Assembly: GCA_963843575.1 (NCBI GenBank)
Contig: CAWJKZ010000021.1
Span: 32,001-96,000 of the forward strand
Length of the DNA stretch: 64,000 bases
From: an uncultured Acidobacteriota bacterium
GTDB lineage: Bacteria > Acidobacteriota > UBA6911
Direction: 5' to 3'
This document shows positions 51,830 to 60,970 of the stretch, in pieces. The position numbers and the translations under genes were made by a program. How positions within the stretch are numbered: the stretch's first letter is position 1; each line of letters begins with the position of its first letter. The notes below the pieces were generated by a model. The model was not told where the DNA came from and did no database searches. It was given only the letters and a program-made list of their open reading frames with translations.

Positions 51830-54145
51830 GTGATCGGCGACACCCTCTCACACTACCGTATCATCGAAAAGCTGGGCCAGGGCGGAATGGGTGAGGTGTA
51901 CCTTGCCCACGATGAACACCTGGACCGCAGGGTCGCCATCAAAGTCCTTCCTCCCGGTTCGCTTTCCGACGACTCCGCCCGCAAGAGGTTTCGAAGAGAA
52001 GCCCTGGCGCTCGCGAAACTGAATCACCCGAACATCGCCACCAGTCACGACTTTGATTCTGCCGGAGGCGTCGACTTCCTGGTGATGGAGTACGTGGCGG
52101 GCCCCACCCTAGGCAGCCGTCTCGCTGCCGGACCACTGCCGGAAAAACAGATCGCGCAGCTCGGGGAGCAGCTGGCCGAAGGACTGGCGGCCGCACACGC
52201 GGCAGGAGTCGTCCACACAGACCTCAAGCCGGACAACCTCAGGGTCACGGACGATGGCAGGCTGAAGATCCTGGATTTTGGGCTTGCCAGGCTGCTGAAG
52301 ACACCGGGCGTGGACGTGTCCACGATGACCGCTGCGTCCGGGACGGTCTGCGGTACCTTGCCCTACATGGCGCCGGAACAGTTGCGCGGAGACCGGCTGG
52401 ATGCGCGGACCGATATCTGGGCGGCCGGGGCGGTGCTCTATGAGCTTTCCACCGGTAAGCGCCCTTTCGAGGAGACGCTCGGTACGAAGCTGGTGGATGA
52501 CATTCTGCACTCGATGCCGCCGCTGCCGAGTGCATCCAACCGGCGCCTTTCCCCGGCGCTCGAGGCCATCATCGTCAAGTGCCTGGAGAAGAACCCGGAG
52601 AATCGGTACCAGTCCGCGAACGAACTCGCAGTTGACCTGCGTCGGCTGGCATCGCCGACCCAGCTGCCGACCGTCGCGAGGCGGCGGAAATGGCCCATCC
52701 CGGCTGCGGTCGCGGCCGCAGCCGCGGTCATCGCCGCCCTTTTCGCGTTCGATGCGGGACATCTGCGCAGCCGTGTTTGGGGCGGGGGTGTGATCGACTC
52801 GATCGCCGTGCTGCCTTTCCAGAACATCTCGCAGGATCCTCAACAGGAGTACTTTTCAGACGGGATGACGGAGGCCCTGATCGCCGAGCTTTCCCGCATC
52901 CACGCCCTGAAGGTGATTTCGAGCACCTCCGTGATGCGGCTCAGGAATACGAAGAAGACGATGCCGCAGGTCGCGCAGGAACTGGACGTCGAGGGAGTGG
53001 TGGAGGGTTCGGTGCTCCATGCGGGCGACAAGGTGCGGGTGACCGCTCAGCTCATCCGCGCACGGGAAGACCGCCCGCTTTGGACCGAGAGCTACGAGCG
53101 TGATTTGAAGGATATCATCAGTCTCCAGACGGAGTTGGCCCGCGCCATCGCCGGCGAGATCCGGATCACCGTCACGGCGCAGGAAGAGCGCTCCCTTGCC
53201 AGAAGCCACACGGTCCTTCCGGAGGCACACGAGGCGTACCTGAAGGGGCGCTACTACGCCAACCGGACGGCCAATGCACGTGCAATCGAGGCCTTTCAGC
53301 AAGCGATAAGCAAGGATCCTCAATATGCCGAGGCCTACGCGAGTCTCGCCCAGCAATACGCCTTCGCGCTGCCCGCCCATGAAGTCATGCCCAAGGCGAA
53401 GGCGATGGCTTTGAAGGCGGTCGAACTGGACGACTCGCTCGCGGAAGCGCACGCGGCGTTGGCCACGGTGGCCTACCTATACGAGTGGCAGTGGGCCGAA
53501 GCCGAGAAGGAACTCAAACGGGCGCTCGAGCTCGATCCCAATTCGACGTCGGTTCACACCCAGTACGCGTATTTTCTCATCGCACTGGGCCGGCTTGACG
53601 AAGCCTTGAAGCAGGCTGAAATCGCGCAGAGGCTGGACCCCCTCTCACTCTCGAATAACCTGAATTACGGGCGGGCCCTGTACTTCGCCAGGCGCTTCGA
53701 CGAAGCGATCGCCCAGTACAACAGGACGCTGGAACTCGACGGCAACTACGCGGCGGCTCACTTATTCCTCTGCTTCGCGCTGGAGCAAAAGGGGCGACTC
53801 GACGAGGCGATGGCCCACATGATCAAAGCACGAACGCTGGTCTCAGACAATGCCCTGGCCGGCCTCATCGCGGACACCTACGCTCGCATCGGCTACATAG
53901 GAACGTTGAAAGCGTGGGCGGCGTACTGGGAATCGGGGATTCGCGACGGGAGCGTACAACCGACCAGCGTGGCTATGCTCTACGCGCGTGCCGGAGATAA
54001 AGACAAAGCCATGCAGTACCTCGAACAGGGCTTTCGAGAGCACACGCGCGCCATCGTCACCCTGAAGGTGGAGCCGCAGCTGGACAACCTCCGGACCGAC
54101 CCGCGTTTCACAGGCCTGATCAAACGAATGGGCCTGCCCGAATAG
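51830..54145 (+). CDS. Hanks-type Ser/Thr kinase with TM, TolB-like and TPR domains
   Basis: LGQGGMGEVY, VAIK, HTDLKPDN, DFG, GTLPYMAPE; SIAVLPFQN...EYFSDG; TPRs. Confidence 0.92.
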   Translation: MIGDTLSHYRIIEKLGQGGMGEVYLAHDEHLDRRVAIKVLPPGSLSDDSARKRFRREALALAKLNHPNIATSHDFDSAGGVDFLVMEYVAGPTLGSRLAAGPLPEKQIAQLGEQLAEGLAAAHAAGVVHTDLKPDNLRVTDDGRLKILDFGLARLLKTPGVDVSTMTAASGTVCGTLPYMAPEQLRGDRLDARTDIWAAGAVLYELSTGKRPFEETLGTKLVDDILHSMPPLPSASNRRLSPALEAIIVKCLEKNPENRYQSANELAVDLRRLASPTQLPTVARRRKWPIPAAVAAAAAVIAALFAFDAGHLRSRVWGGGVIDSIAVLPFQNISQDPQQEYFSDGMTEALIAELSRIHALKVISSTSVMRLRNTKKTMPQVAQELDVEGVVEGSVLHAGDKVRVTAQLIRAREDRPLWTESYERDLKDIISLQTELARAIAGEIRITVTAQEERSLARSHTVLPEAHEAYLKGRYYANRTANARAIEAFQQAISKDPQYAEAYASLAQQYAFALPAHEVMPKAKAMALKAVELDDSLAEAHAALATVAYLYEWQWAEAEKELKRALELDPNSTSVHTQYAYFLIALGRLDEALKQAEIAQRLDPLSLSNNLNYGRALYFARRFDEAIAQYNRTLELDGNYAAAHLFLCFALEQKGRLDEAMAHMIKARTLVSDNALAGLIADTYARIGYIGTLKAWAAYWESGIRDGSVQPTSVAMLYARAGDKDKAMQYLEQGFREHTRAIVTLKVEPQLDNLRTDPRFTGLIKRMGLPE

Positions 54146-54156
54146 GCGTCAGGGCC

Positions 54157-55509
54157 TCACGTCAGCTTCGCCAACGCCGCGCTGTGGGTCCGAAGTTTGC
54201 GGACCGCAGCGATGATGTGGTCGATGTCGGTTCGATCAGCCAACAGCATGTTCTGGCCGATTCCCACAGTCGTGGCGCACACCTGCTTGTTGCCCTTCAG
54301 CTCCGCGAAGCTCTCCCGGTAGGCGCGCAACCTCTGAGCGCTCCAGAGGCGCTTGAAGCCGCGTGAGGCGATGGCTTCGTCCAGCAGACCGTCGTAGTAC
54401 TGCTCCCCGTACACGCTCGAGCAGGGGACCCCTTCGGCGGAAAGCGCCTGCAAAAACTTGCCGTGGGAGAGGCCGTTGAACTGCGCCGGGTCGTAGCGGA
54501 ATGCATAGAGATGCCACACCGCCCGGCTGTTCGCCGGCAGCCGAACGGGTGTAATGCCCGGGATCTGGGCCAGGTTGGCGCTGAGGTAGTCGGCGCTTTC
54601 GCGCCGCACGGCCGTTTCCTTCTGCAGCTTCTCGAACTGCTGCAGCAGCAGCACGGCCTGCGCCTGCGTCATGCGATAGTTGTTGCCGCGGGTGAAACTG
54701 CCGGTGCCTTTGAAGTTCCCGCTGGTGCGGCCGCAGTTGTGGAAGGCGTTGCAGCGATCGATCAGGTCCTCGCTCATGCTCGTGATCGCGCCGCCTTCGC
54801 CCGACGGGATGTGCTTGGATTCCTGGAAGCTGAAGCAGCCCAGGTCGCCAATGGTGCCGCACTTGCGGCCCTTGTACTCGGCCAGCCACGCCTGGCATGC
54901 GTCCTCGATGACGGCCAGCTTGTGTTTTTGGGCAATCGCGACGATCGGGTCCATATCGCACGGCATGCCGAAGATGTGCACCGGCATGATGGCGCGGGTG
55001 CGCTCGGTGATCCGGCTCTCGATGGACGCGGGATCCATCGTGAGCGTCGCCGGATCGGTGTCGGCGAACACGGGGAGCGCCTTCGTCGTGAGGATCGAGT
55101 TGTACGTGGCTATGAACGTGTAGGGCGAGGTGATGACCTCATCGCCCGCGTCCACGTTCATGACGTGCAAACTCACGATGAGGGCGGTGGTGCCGCTGGC
55201 GGTAGCTAGGCATTTGCCGGCGCCGAGCAGCTGCGCGTAAGCCTTTTCGAAATCGGTCACGTTGGTGCCGGATCCCCGGAACCACTTGCCGCTGCGGTAG
55301 ACTTCGAGAATCTTCGGTTCCCAGGCTTCGCGCCACTGCGGCCACGGCATCCATCCGCCCTTGTGGACGGGCGCGCCGCCCATCAGTGCCGGTTTGTCGC
55401 CGTCGGCGGCGAAGGTGATCGGACCCCGGCGGGCACTCAGCCACGAGAAAGCGGCGGCGCCCGCCGCACCGGTTCGGATGAAGCCACGTCGTGTCAGATC
55501 TTCTTTCAT
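54157..55509 (-). CDS. DegT/DnrJ/EryC1/StrS aminotransferase with a Tat signal
   Basis: LTRRGFI; ASGTTAL; PVHIFG; IEDACQA; FSFQESKHIPSGEGG; NYRM. Confidence 0.88.
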   Translation of the reverse strand: MKEDLTRRGFIRTGAAGAAAFSWLSARRGPITFAADGDKPALMGGAPVHKGGWMPWPQWREAWEPKILEVYRSGKWFRGSGTNVTDFEKAYAQLLGAGKCLATASGTTALIVSLHVMNVDAGDEVITSPYTFIATYNSILTTKALPVFADTDPATLTMDPASIESRITERTRAIMPVHIFGMPCDMDPIVAIAQKHKLAVIEDACQAWLAEYKGRKCGTIGDLGCFSFQESKHIPSGEGGAITSMSEDLIDRCNAFHNCGRTSGNFKGTGSFTRGNNYRMTQAQAVLLLQQFEKLQKETAVRRESADYLSANLAQIPGITPVRLPANSRAVWHLYAFRYDPAQFNGLSHGKFLQALSAEGVPCSSVYGEQYYDGLLDEAIASRGFKRLWSAQRLRAYRESFAELKGNKQVCATTVGIGQNMLLADRTDIDHIIAAVRKLRTHSAALAKLT

Positions 55510-55946
55510 GGGATTACCCCCCTACAATCAGGCCATTGACGCGTTGCAGGTCATGAATCCACTGGGCCTCGTTGATGATGGGCCCACACTCTACGGCCGC
55601 CCCTCCTGCCAGACCGGAAGTTTGCAGGCACACGCATTATACCTTCAGATCCTTCGACGGGTGCTCGTCGAAATGGTCCGCGAGCCGGCCTGGAAGGGCA
55701 AAAGCAAAAACGGAACGTGGGTGTTCGCGGATTTGGCGGATTCACGAACCGTGAAACCTTCACGGAACGGGCTGGGGGGAGGGCTGAATCCTATAAGGGC
55801 TCGCATCAACCGACTCCACGTCTCTTTCATATGCCATGCTTGTTTCCTTTCACGGGGTCGCAGACCAAGGCAGCATGATCCGGTCCGGCGTGCAGAGTGC
55901 GAGCCTGACCCTCTGATGGGGTGGCCTGCTACCGCGGTTCCCCGGC

Positions 55947-56453
55947 CTATCGATTTGCGGCCTTGACAGCCCTGTCCGTGGCAACCGAGCCGTGCATCTG
56001 GACGATGAGCCACCTCCCGCCCCTTTTCTCGAGCACGCCCGTCCAGCGGATGTCTCTCGCGCCCGCAGGCTTGCCGTCCCACTCCCCGAGATCGTCGAGC
56101 GTAGCCGAGTACCATGCGACGTCGCCTGACCGGGAGAGGTGGACCTGTAGGTCACGGACCTCCGTCGCCGTAACCTTGAACCTCGAATCCATCCAAATAT
56201 CGAACAGCTTCACGTAGTTGCCCCACCCGGTCACGGCCGATTTCGAGTTGGTCCAAACAACGAACAAGTCGTCGTCGTGAGCCATGGTGCTTTCCTGAAG
56301 CGCCCGGTCCTTGGTCAAGGCCCAGCAGATCGAGTCGTTGATTATCCGTGCGATTGCAGCCTTGTCGGTTTCCCTGTCCCCGGCGGTCCCTCGAGCCTCC
56401 GGCCCGCTGATTGCGGATAAAATGAGCAATAGAACACTCGTCGTGACGGCCAC
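55947..56453 (-). CDS. Exported NTF2/SnoaL-like protein
   Basis: Signal peptide; GDVAW, RWTGVLEKRGGRWLIVQMHGS; GGGAGG RBS. Confidence 0.78.
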   Translation of the reverse strand: MAVTTSVLLLILSAISGPEARGTAGDRETDKAAIARIINDSICWALTKDRALQESTMAHDDDLFVVWTNSKSAVTGWGNYVKLFDIWMDSRFKVTATEVRDLQVHLSRSGDVAWYSATLDDLGEWDGKPAGARDIRWTGVLEKRGGRWLIVQMHGSVATDRAVKAANR

Positions 56454-56816
56454 TTTGTCCTCCCTGAATTCTTAAGCCTTCGATCCCAGATTCTGAAAGC
56501 GAAGGTACGACGGGCAGATCGCAGGGAGTTGTTAGGTTTTTGCGAGGATTTGTTTTGTTCGGGCGAACGCCGGGTCGAATGGGCGTGTAGGGTGCGGCCC
56601 GAAGTCGGAATACCCGGCTTGAGCCTTACGATCCAGTGAGATGGACTGGATATTATGGTTAGTTACCTATGATTAACCCCCACCAATTATTAGCGGCGTT
56701 GGCCCCGCAGTGTTGCGAGATTCGAACCCGTGTGCTTGGCCATAGCATTCTGGCAGGGCGCGCGTATTCTATTAGGAGAGCCTGTGGCCGGGTGCGAGCG
56801 GGTGGCGGTGGACGGG

Positions 56817-57710
56817 ATGAAACGGTTGGGAATCGTTTTGGGTGTTGTGCTGGGAGCCGTGCCGGCGCTGCGCTGCTCCTGCCCGGTGCATGCGAGTCAC
56901 GCCGCGGTCCCGCGGTCGGAATGGCGAGGCTCCCTGACCCTCTATCGGCGGCCGCTGGAGATCCGTTGCTCCCGCGCGGGCGGGCCGGACCCTTCCTGCC
57001 TGGTTGTCTATGCGACGGGCGACGGCGGGTGGCGCGGGCTCGACGAGCAGCTCTACGAATGGTTCTCGGAGGAGGGGTACGCGGTCGCGGGTTTCAGCTC
57101 GCGCAGCTATCTGAAGAACCTCGGGTATGTCTCCGACACGACGACCCCCGAGCGCCTCGTCGAGGACTTCCGGCTGATCATCGACTTTGCCGAGGGGCGG
57201 CTCGGGTTGCCCGCTTCGACGCCGGTCATCCTGGCGGGCCTCTCGCGGGGTGCTGGGCTGTCGGTGGTCGCCGCGGGGGAGGGGGAGCTGAAGCCGCGGC
57301 TCGCGGGACTGCTGGCGGTCGCGCTGACGCGCGAGGAGGAGTACGTGCGCCACTACGGGTGGCGGGACCGCCGCGGATCGGCCGGCACGCCGAAGAGGGA
57401 GCTGGTCGAGATTAAGACCTACGACTATCTTTCCCGCCTGTCGGGCTTCCCAGTGATGGTGATCCAGTCCACCGGGGACAACTACGTTACCGCCGATGCG
57501 GCGCGCGAATTGTTCGGGCCCGACACCCCGCTGCGCAGGCTGAGGGCTGTCGACGCGCGCAACCATCGTTTCAGCGGCGGGTGCGAAGCCCTGCACAGCG
57601 AAGCGCTGGCCGGGCTGGCATGGATCCGGGAGACCGCTGACCGGACCGGCAAGGCTGGTCCCGGGCCGAGTCCGACCGTGTCCTCCGGCTTTTTTTCGTG
57701 TCCTCCGTGA
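56817..57710 (+). CDS. AcvB/VirJ-family alpha/beta hydrolase (copy 1)
   Basis: YATGDGGWRGLD, SRSY, LAGLSRGAG, NHRFSG. Confidence 0.78.
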   Translation: MKRLGIVLGVVLGAVPALRCSCPVHASHAAVPRSEWRGSLTLYRRPLEIRCSRAGGPDPSCLVVYATGDGGWRGLDEQLYEWFSEEGYAVAGFSSRSYLKNLGYVSDTTTPERLVEDFRLIIDFAEGRLGLPASTPVILAGLSRGAGLSVVAAGEGELKPRLAGLLAVALTREEEYVRHYGWRDRRGSAGTPKRELVEIKTYDYLSRLSGFPVMVIQSTGDNYVTADAARELFGPDTPLRRLRAVDARNHRFSGGCEALHSEALAGLAWIRETADRTGKAGPGPSPTVSSGFFSCPP

Positions 57711-57820
57711 CGAGTTGTTTTGATTTTCGGGGCGCAGCAATCCTCTGTCGCATCCACGCCGAGGATGTAGGACTCGTTCAGGGCGTCGAGCTGGCGCACC
57801 CCGGATTGCGGCCGCGCCGC

Positions 57821-58576
57821 TCACCTGCCTTTGATCCAGTCCAGCGCTTCGAGTAGGCGACGGTCCAGCTCGTCGCGCCGGTCGCTGAAACGGTGGTTTG
57901 CGGCGTCGATCACCCACATCCTCTTCGGATCGCCCGCGCGCGCGAGCATGGACTTGGCGAGTTCGAGCGAGACAAACTCGTCGTGGGTGGAGTGGACTTC
58001 GGCGAGCGGGACCGGGCTGACCTTCCCGATGACGTCCTCGACCATGAAGCTCGGCTCGCTGGGGGCCTTCTTGGTGATCCAGATCGTGAAATCCTGCCAC
58101 TTCCATCCCAGTTCGTTCTGGTCCGGCAGGCCCAGCCCGAGTACGCCCTGGATCTGTGGTTTCAGTGCGGGGTCGGCCGCTGCCAGCACCGACAGGCCGG
58201 CGCCTTCGGAGATGCCGGCCAGGACAGGCCGCTCTGTGTTCCCGCGGCGGGCATAGTCGATGAGGGCCCTGAAGTCGCGCGGCACGTCGGCCGGGTCGAG
58301 CGCGGCGTCCTTCGAGGTGAAGCTGGCCAGGTATGCGCGGCTATTGAAGCCCACGACGCGGTAGCCCCGGGAGGAGAGAAACTCCGCGACGTGGACCGCC
58401 AGCCCCGCCCACCCGAGATCGCCGCTGGAGAGTATCACGGGCGGGCCGCCCGGGTTTCCGTACAGGTGGAGTTCCTGGCTCTTTCCGCGAAGGTCGATGC
58501 TCGCCGGCGCCTGCGCCGGCTCGAACGCCCAGGCGGCGAGCAGGGCGGGGAGGAGCAAAAGGGCGACCAGTCGCAC
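57821..58576 (-). CDS. AcvB/VirJ-family alpha/beta hydrolase (copy 2)
   Basis: Signal peptide; SSGDLGWAG, NSRAY, LAGISEGAG, NHRFSD; starts 1 bp after the synthase stop. Confidence 0.78.
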   Translation of the reverse strand: MRLVALLLLPALLAAWAFEPAQAPASIDLRGKSQELHLYGNPGGPPVILSSGDLGWAGLAVHVAEFLSSRGYRVVGFNSRAYLASFTSKDAALDPADVPRDFRALIDYARRGNTERPVLAGISEGAGLSVLAAADPALKPQIQGVLGLGLPDQNELGWKWQDFTIWITKKAPSEPSFMVEDVIGKVSPVPLAEVHSTHDEFVSLELAKSMLARAGDPKRMWVIDAANHRFSDRRDELDRRLLEALDWIKGR

Positions 58577-58577
58577 G

Positions 58578-60779
58578 TTACCTCCTCAACAGCTGCAGCA
58601 GTCCGCCGGAGCTGTGGACGGCGGTGAGGGCATAGGCCACGCGCGGCAGGTCCGCCCCTTTCGGGTAGATCAGGAAGCGGCCTTCCCATGCGGGGGCGAA
58701 CTTTTTTTTGAACATGAAAAGGTTCTTGTACCCGTAAAAGGCGTTCATGTGCTCGAACAGGAGCGCCACGCCGCGCTCGAGCGTACCCCGGGGTTCGGCG
58801 GAGTTGGCGAGGGGTGCGTTGGCCAGGCTCGCGGTGGCGACGCCGTTCTCCTTCAGGGCGAGGAGCGAGTGGGCGATGAGGATGTCCATTGTCCCGGCCG
58901 GCGCGTCGCGACGCTTGCGCATGAGGTCGAGCACGCAGGCGTTCCCCTGACGGTAGGGGAGCCAGGAGCAGAAAGCCTCGATCCTGGTGCCGATCCGGGC
59001 GACGAACAGCGGCTTGCCGCGAAGGGAATCCAGGGAAAAGCGGCCCAGGGTGAAGCCCAGCTCCCCCATGTGCTTCTCGGAGAGCCACTCCTGGGAGATC
59101 TCCTCGAGCTGCTCGTCGGTCGCGGGCGCTGGCTTGGCCGCGCGATCGTATGGCTCCACTGTCATCCCGGTCTTGAGGGCTTTGTTGACCATCGCGCGCA
59201 CGTTCGCCCGCTTCCCGCCGGAGAGCGAGAACTCCTTCAGATCCAGGACGGCCTCTTCGGCGATCTTCAGGGAGCGGAGTCCCAACGCCTGATAGACGGG
59301 AAGCCGCTCTTCGGCCGCTTCGTAGATGCAGGGCGTCCAGCCGTTCCTGCCGCAATGCTCCAGGAAGTCGCGGACGCCCGTCTCGAAGTCCGCGTCGGGG
59401 ACGAGCGGGTCGCCGCAGGCCAGCGCCACGGCGCCGCGCACCGCGTAGGCCGCCAGTCCGCGGCCGCCGGCCACGAGGAGGTGGTGTTTGTCCTCCTGGA
59501 TCGCGAAGGCCGACAGCGCGTGCCGGCTGTGCTCCCGGAAGATCGTTTCGACGGTCTCGGGCGAGGCCTCGAGCCTGCGGCGCAGAACCACGGGCCGGAG
59601 GAACATCAGGAGAAGGTAGAAGCGCCCCAGCCACCCGGCGATCTGCAGCGATCCGAGGAAGCGGGCCGCCTGGGGCGTCAGAGGGTCGACTTGCGGCTCG
59701 ATCACGAGGATCCCGGAGCGCACGGCCTCGGTCGCCGGCGTCGCTCCGGCGAACCAGGTGAAGTGCTCCCGGCGATGGTTCAGCCCGGTGTGCCCATAGG
59801 TGAATATGGCGAGGGCGAGCAGCGGGGCCATGAACGCCGCGGTCCTCAGCGACGCCGGATCGCTGCGCGCATAGTAGCGGCGCCGATAGACGACGAGGTA
59901 GGCGAGCAGGAGGGATGCCACCAGCGAGTGGTGCAGATCCAGGGCCCTCGTGATGTGTGTCAGGAGGGAAACCGCCAGCGCCGTGACCGCCACGTACCAG
60001 GCCAGCTCCTTGCGCCGGGACAGGTTTCTCATCACCTGGAGCAGGGCGATGCCGGCGAACAGCATCAGGGGCCGGCTGCGCTGGGTGACCTCGAGGGGCA
60101 GCCAGGAATCGACGAAACGCAGCGAGGCGGCCGAACGCGGCCAGATCGCCGACACCAGGTTAATGGCGCCCATCGCCCCGATCAGGACGGGAACGAGCCT
60201 GTGGAGGTCGCCGACGCGCAGGTCCTCCACCCACTCCGCGTGCCGCAGGTGCCGCAGCAGCAGGATCAGCAGGCCCGCGACGAGCAGGCCGCCCACCACC
60301 CAAACCTCGTATTTCTTGATACCGGACAGGACCCTCTCGGCGGCGTGCCCCGAATAGTACCCGATCAGCGCCGTGGGCACGGCCCAGATGGCACCCGCGA
60401 CGAGGTTCAGGAGAAAGAAGCGCAGCGGCGGCATTCTCAGCGCGCCGCACGCGGCCGGTATGATGATCCTGAACCCGAAGGCGTAACGGCTGGCCAGCAG
60501 CAGCCAGTCGGCATAGCGGCCCATGTGAGCCATGAGCCGCTTGTAGCGCGGGTTGTCGCCGAAGCGTCTCTCGAGCCACGCGTAGCCGCGCGTGCGCGCC
60601 AGCCCGTAATAGATCTGGTCCGCGGCGCAGTTGGATGCCACGGCGACCAGGATCACGAGCGGCAAGTGCAGGATGCCGCGGTGGGCCAGGAAGGCGCCCG
60701 CCAGCAGGAAAGCCTCACCCTCGACCGCCACCCCCACAAACAGCAAGGCGTACCCGTACTTGACGAGCAATGCGTCCAT
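58578..60779 (-). CDS. DedA domain fused to an MprF/LpiA-type aminoacyl-phosphatidylglycerol synthase (DUF2156)
   Basis: KYGYALLFVGVAVEGE...SRYAFGFR (DedA); TM region LSRRKELAW; GDPL, KIAEEA, ELGFTLG, DLMRK, YKNLFMFKKKFAPAWEGRFL. Confidence 0.85.
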   Translation of the reverse strand: MDALLVKYGYALLFVGVAVEGEAFLLAGAFLAHRGILHLPLVILVAVASNCAADQIYYGLARTRGYAWLERRFGDNPRYKRLMAHMGRYADWLLLASRYAFGFRIIIPAACGALRMPPLRFFLLNLVAGAIWAVPTALIGYYSGHAAERVLSGIKKYEVWVVGGLLVAGLLILLLRHLRHAEWVEDLRVGDLHRLVPVLIGAMGAINLVSAIWPRSAASLRFVDSWLPLEVTQRSRPLMLFAGIALLQVMRNLSRRKELAWYVAVTALAVSLLTHITRALDLHHSLVASLLLAYLVVYRRRYYARSDPASLRTAAFMAPLLALAIFTYGHTGLNHRREHFTWFAGATPATEAVRSGILVIEPQVDPLTPQAARFLGSLQIAGWLGRFYLLLMFLRPVVLRRRLEASPETVETIFREHSRHALSAFAIQEDKHHLLVAGGRGLAAYAVRGAVALACGDPLVPDADFETGVRDFLEHCGRNGWTPCIYEAAEERLPVYQALGLRSLKIAEEAVLDLKEFSLSGGKRANVRAMVNKALKTGMTVEPYDRAAKPAPATDEQLEEISQEWLSEKHMGELGFTLGRFSLDSLRGKPLFVARIGTRIEAFCSWLPYRQGNACVLDLMRKRRDAPAGTMDILIAHSLLALKENGVATASLANAPLANSAEPRGTLERGVALLFEHMNAFYGYKNLFMFKKKFAPAWEGRFLIYPKGADLPRVAYALTAVHSSGGLLQLLRR

Positions 60780-60944
60780 CGGCCCCTATTGTATTGCCGG
60801 GCGAGGCCGAGGACGCAGCTAAATTCTGCAAAGTGCTCCGGGTCTCCGTCTTCCGCGTCCGGCCGTCTGCCGATGAGGAGCGCGGGTACGAACAATCCCG
60901 GGAAACAGTGAATCTGGAAGTACCTCCGCTGCGGTATGGGCGGG

Positions 60945-60968
60945 GCGGCGTCGAGCCGCCGCACTCCA
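60945..60968. repeat. REP-like palindrome (inverted copy)
   Basis: Reverse complement TGGAGTGCGGCGGCTCGACGCCGC, a variant of the 7122/39901 motif. Confidence 0.6.
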
Positions 60969-60970
60969 GA

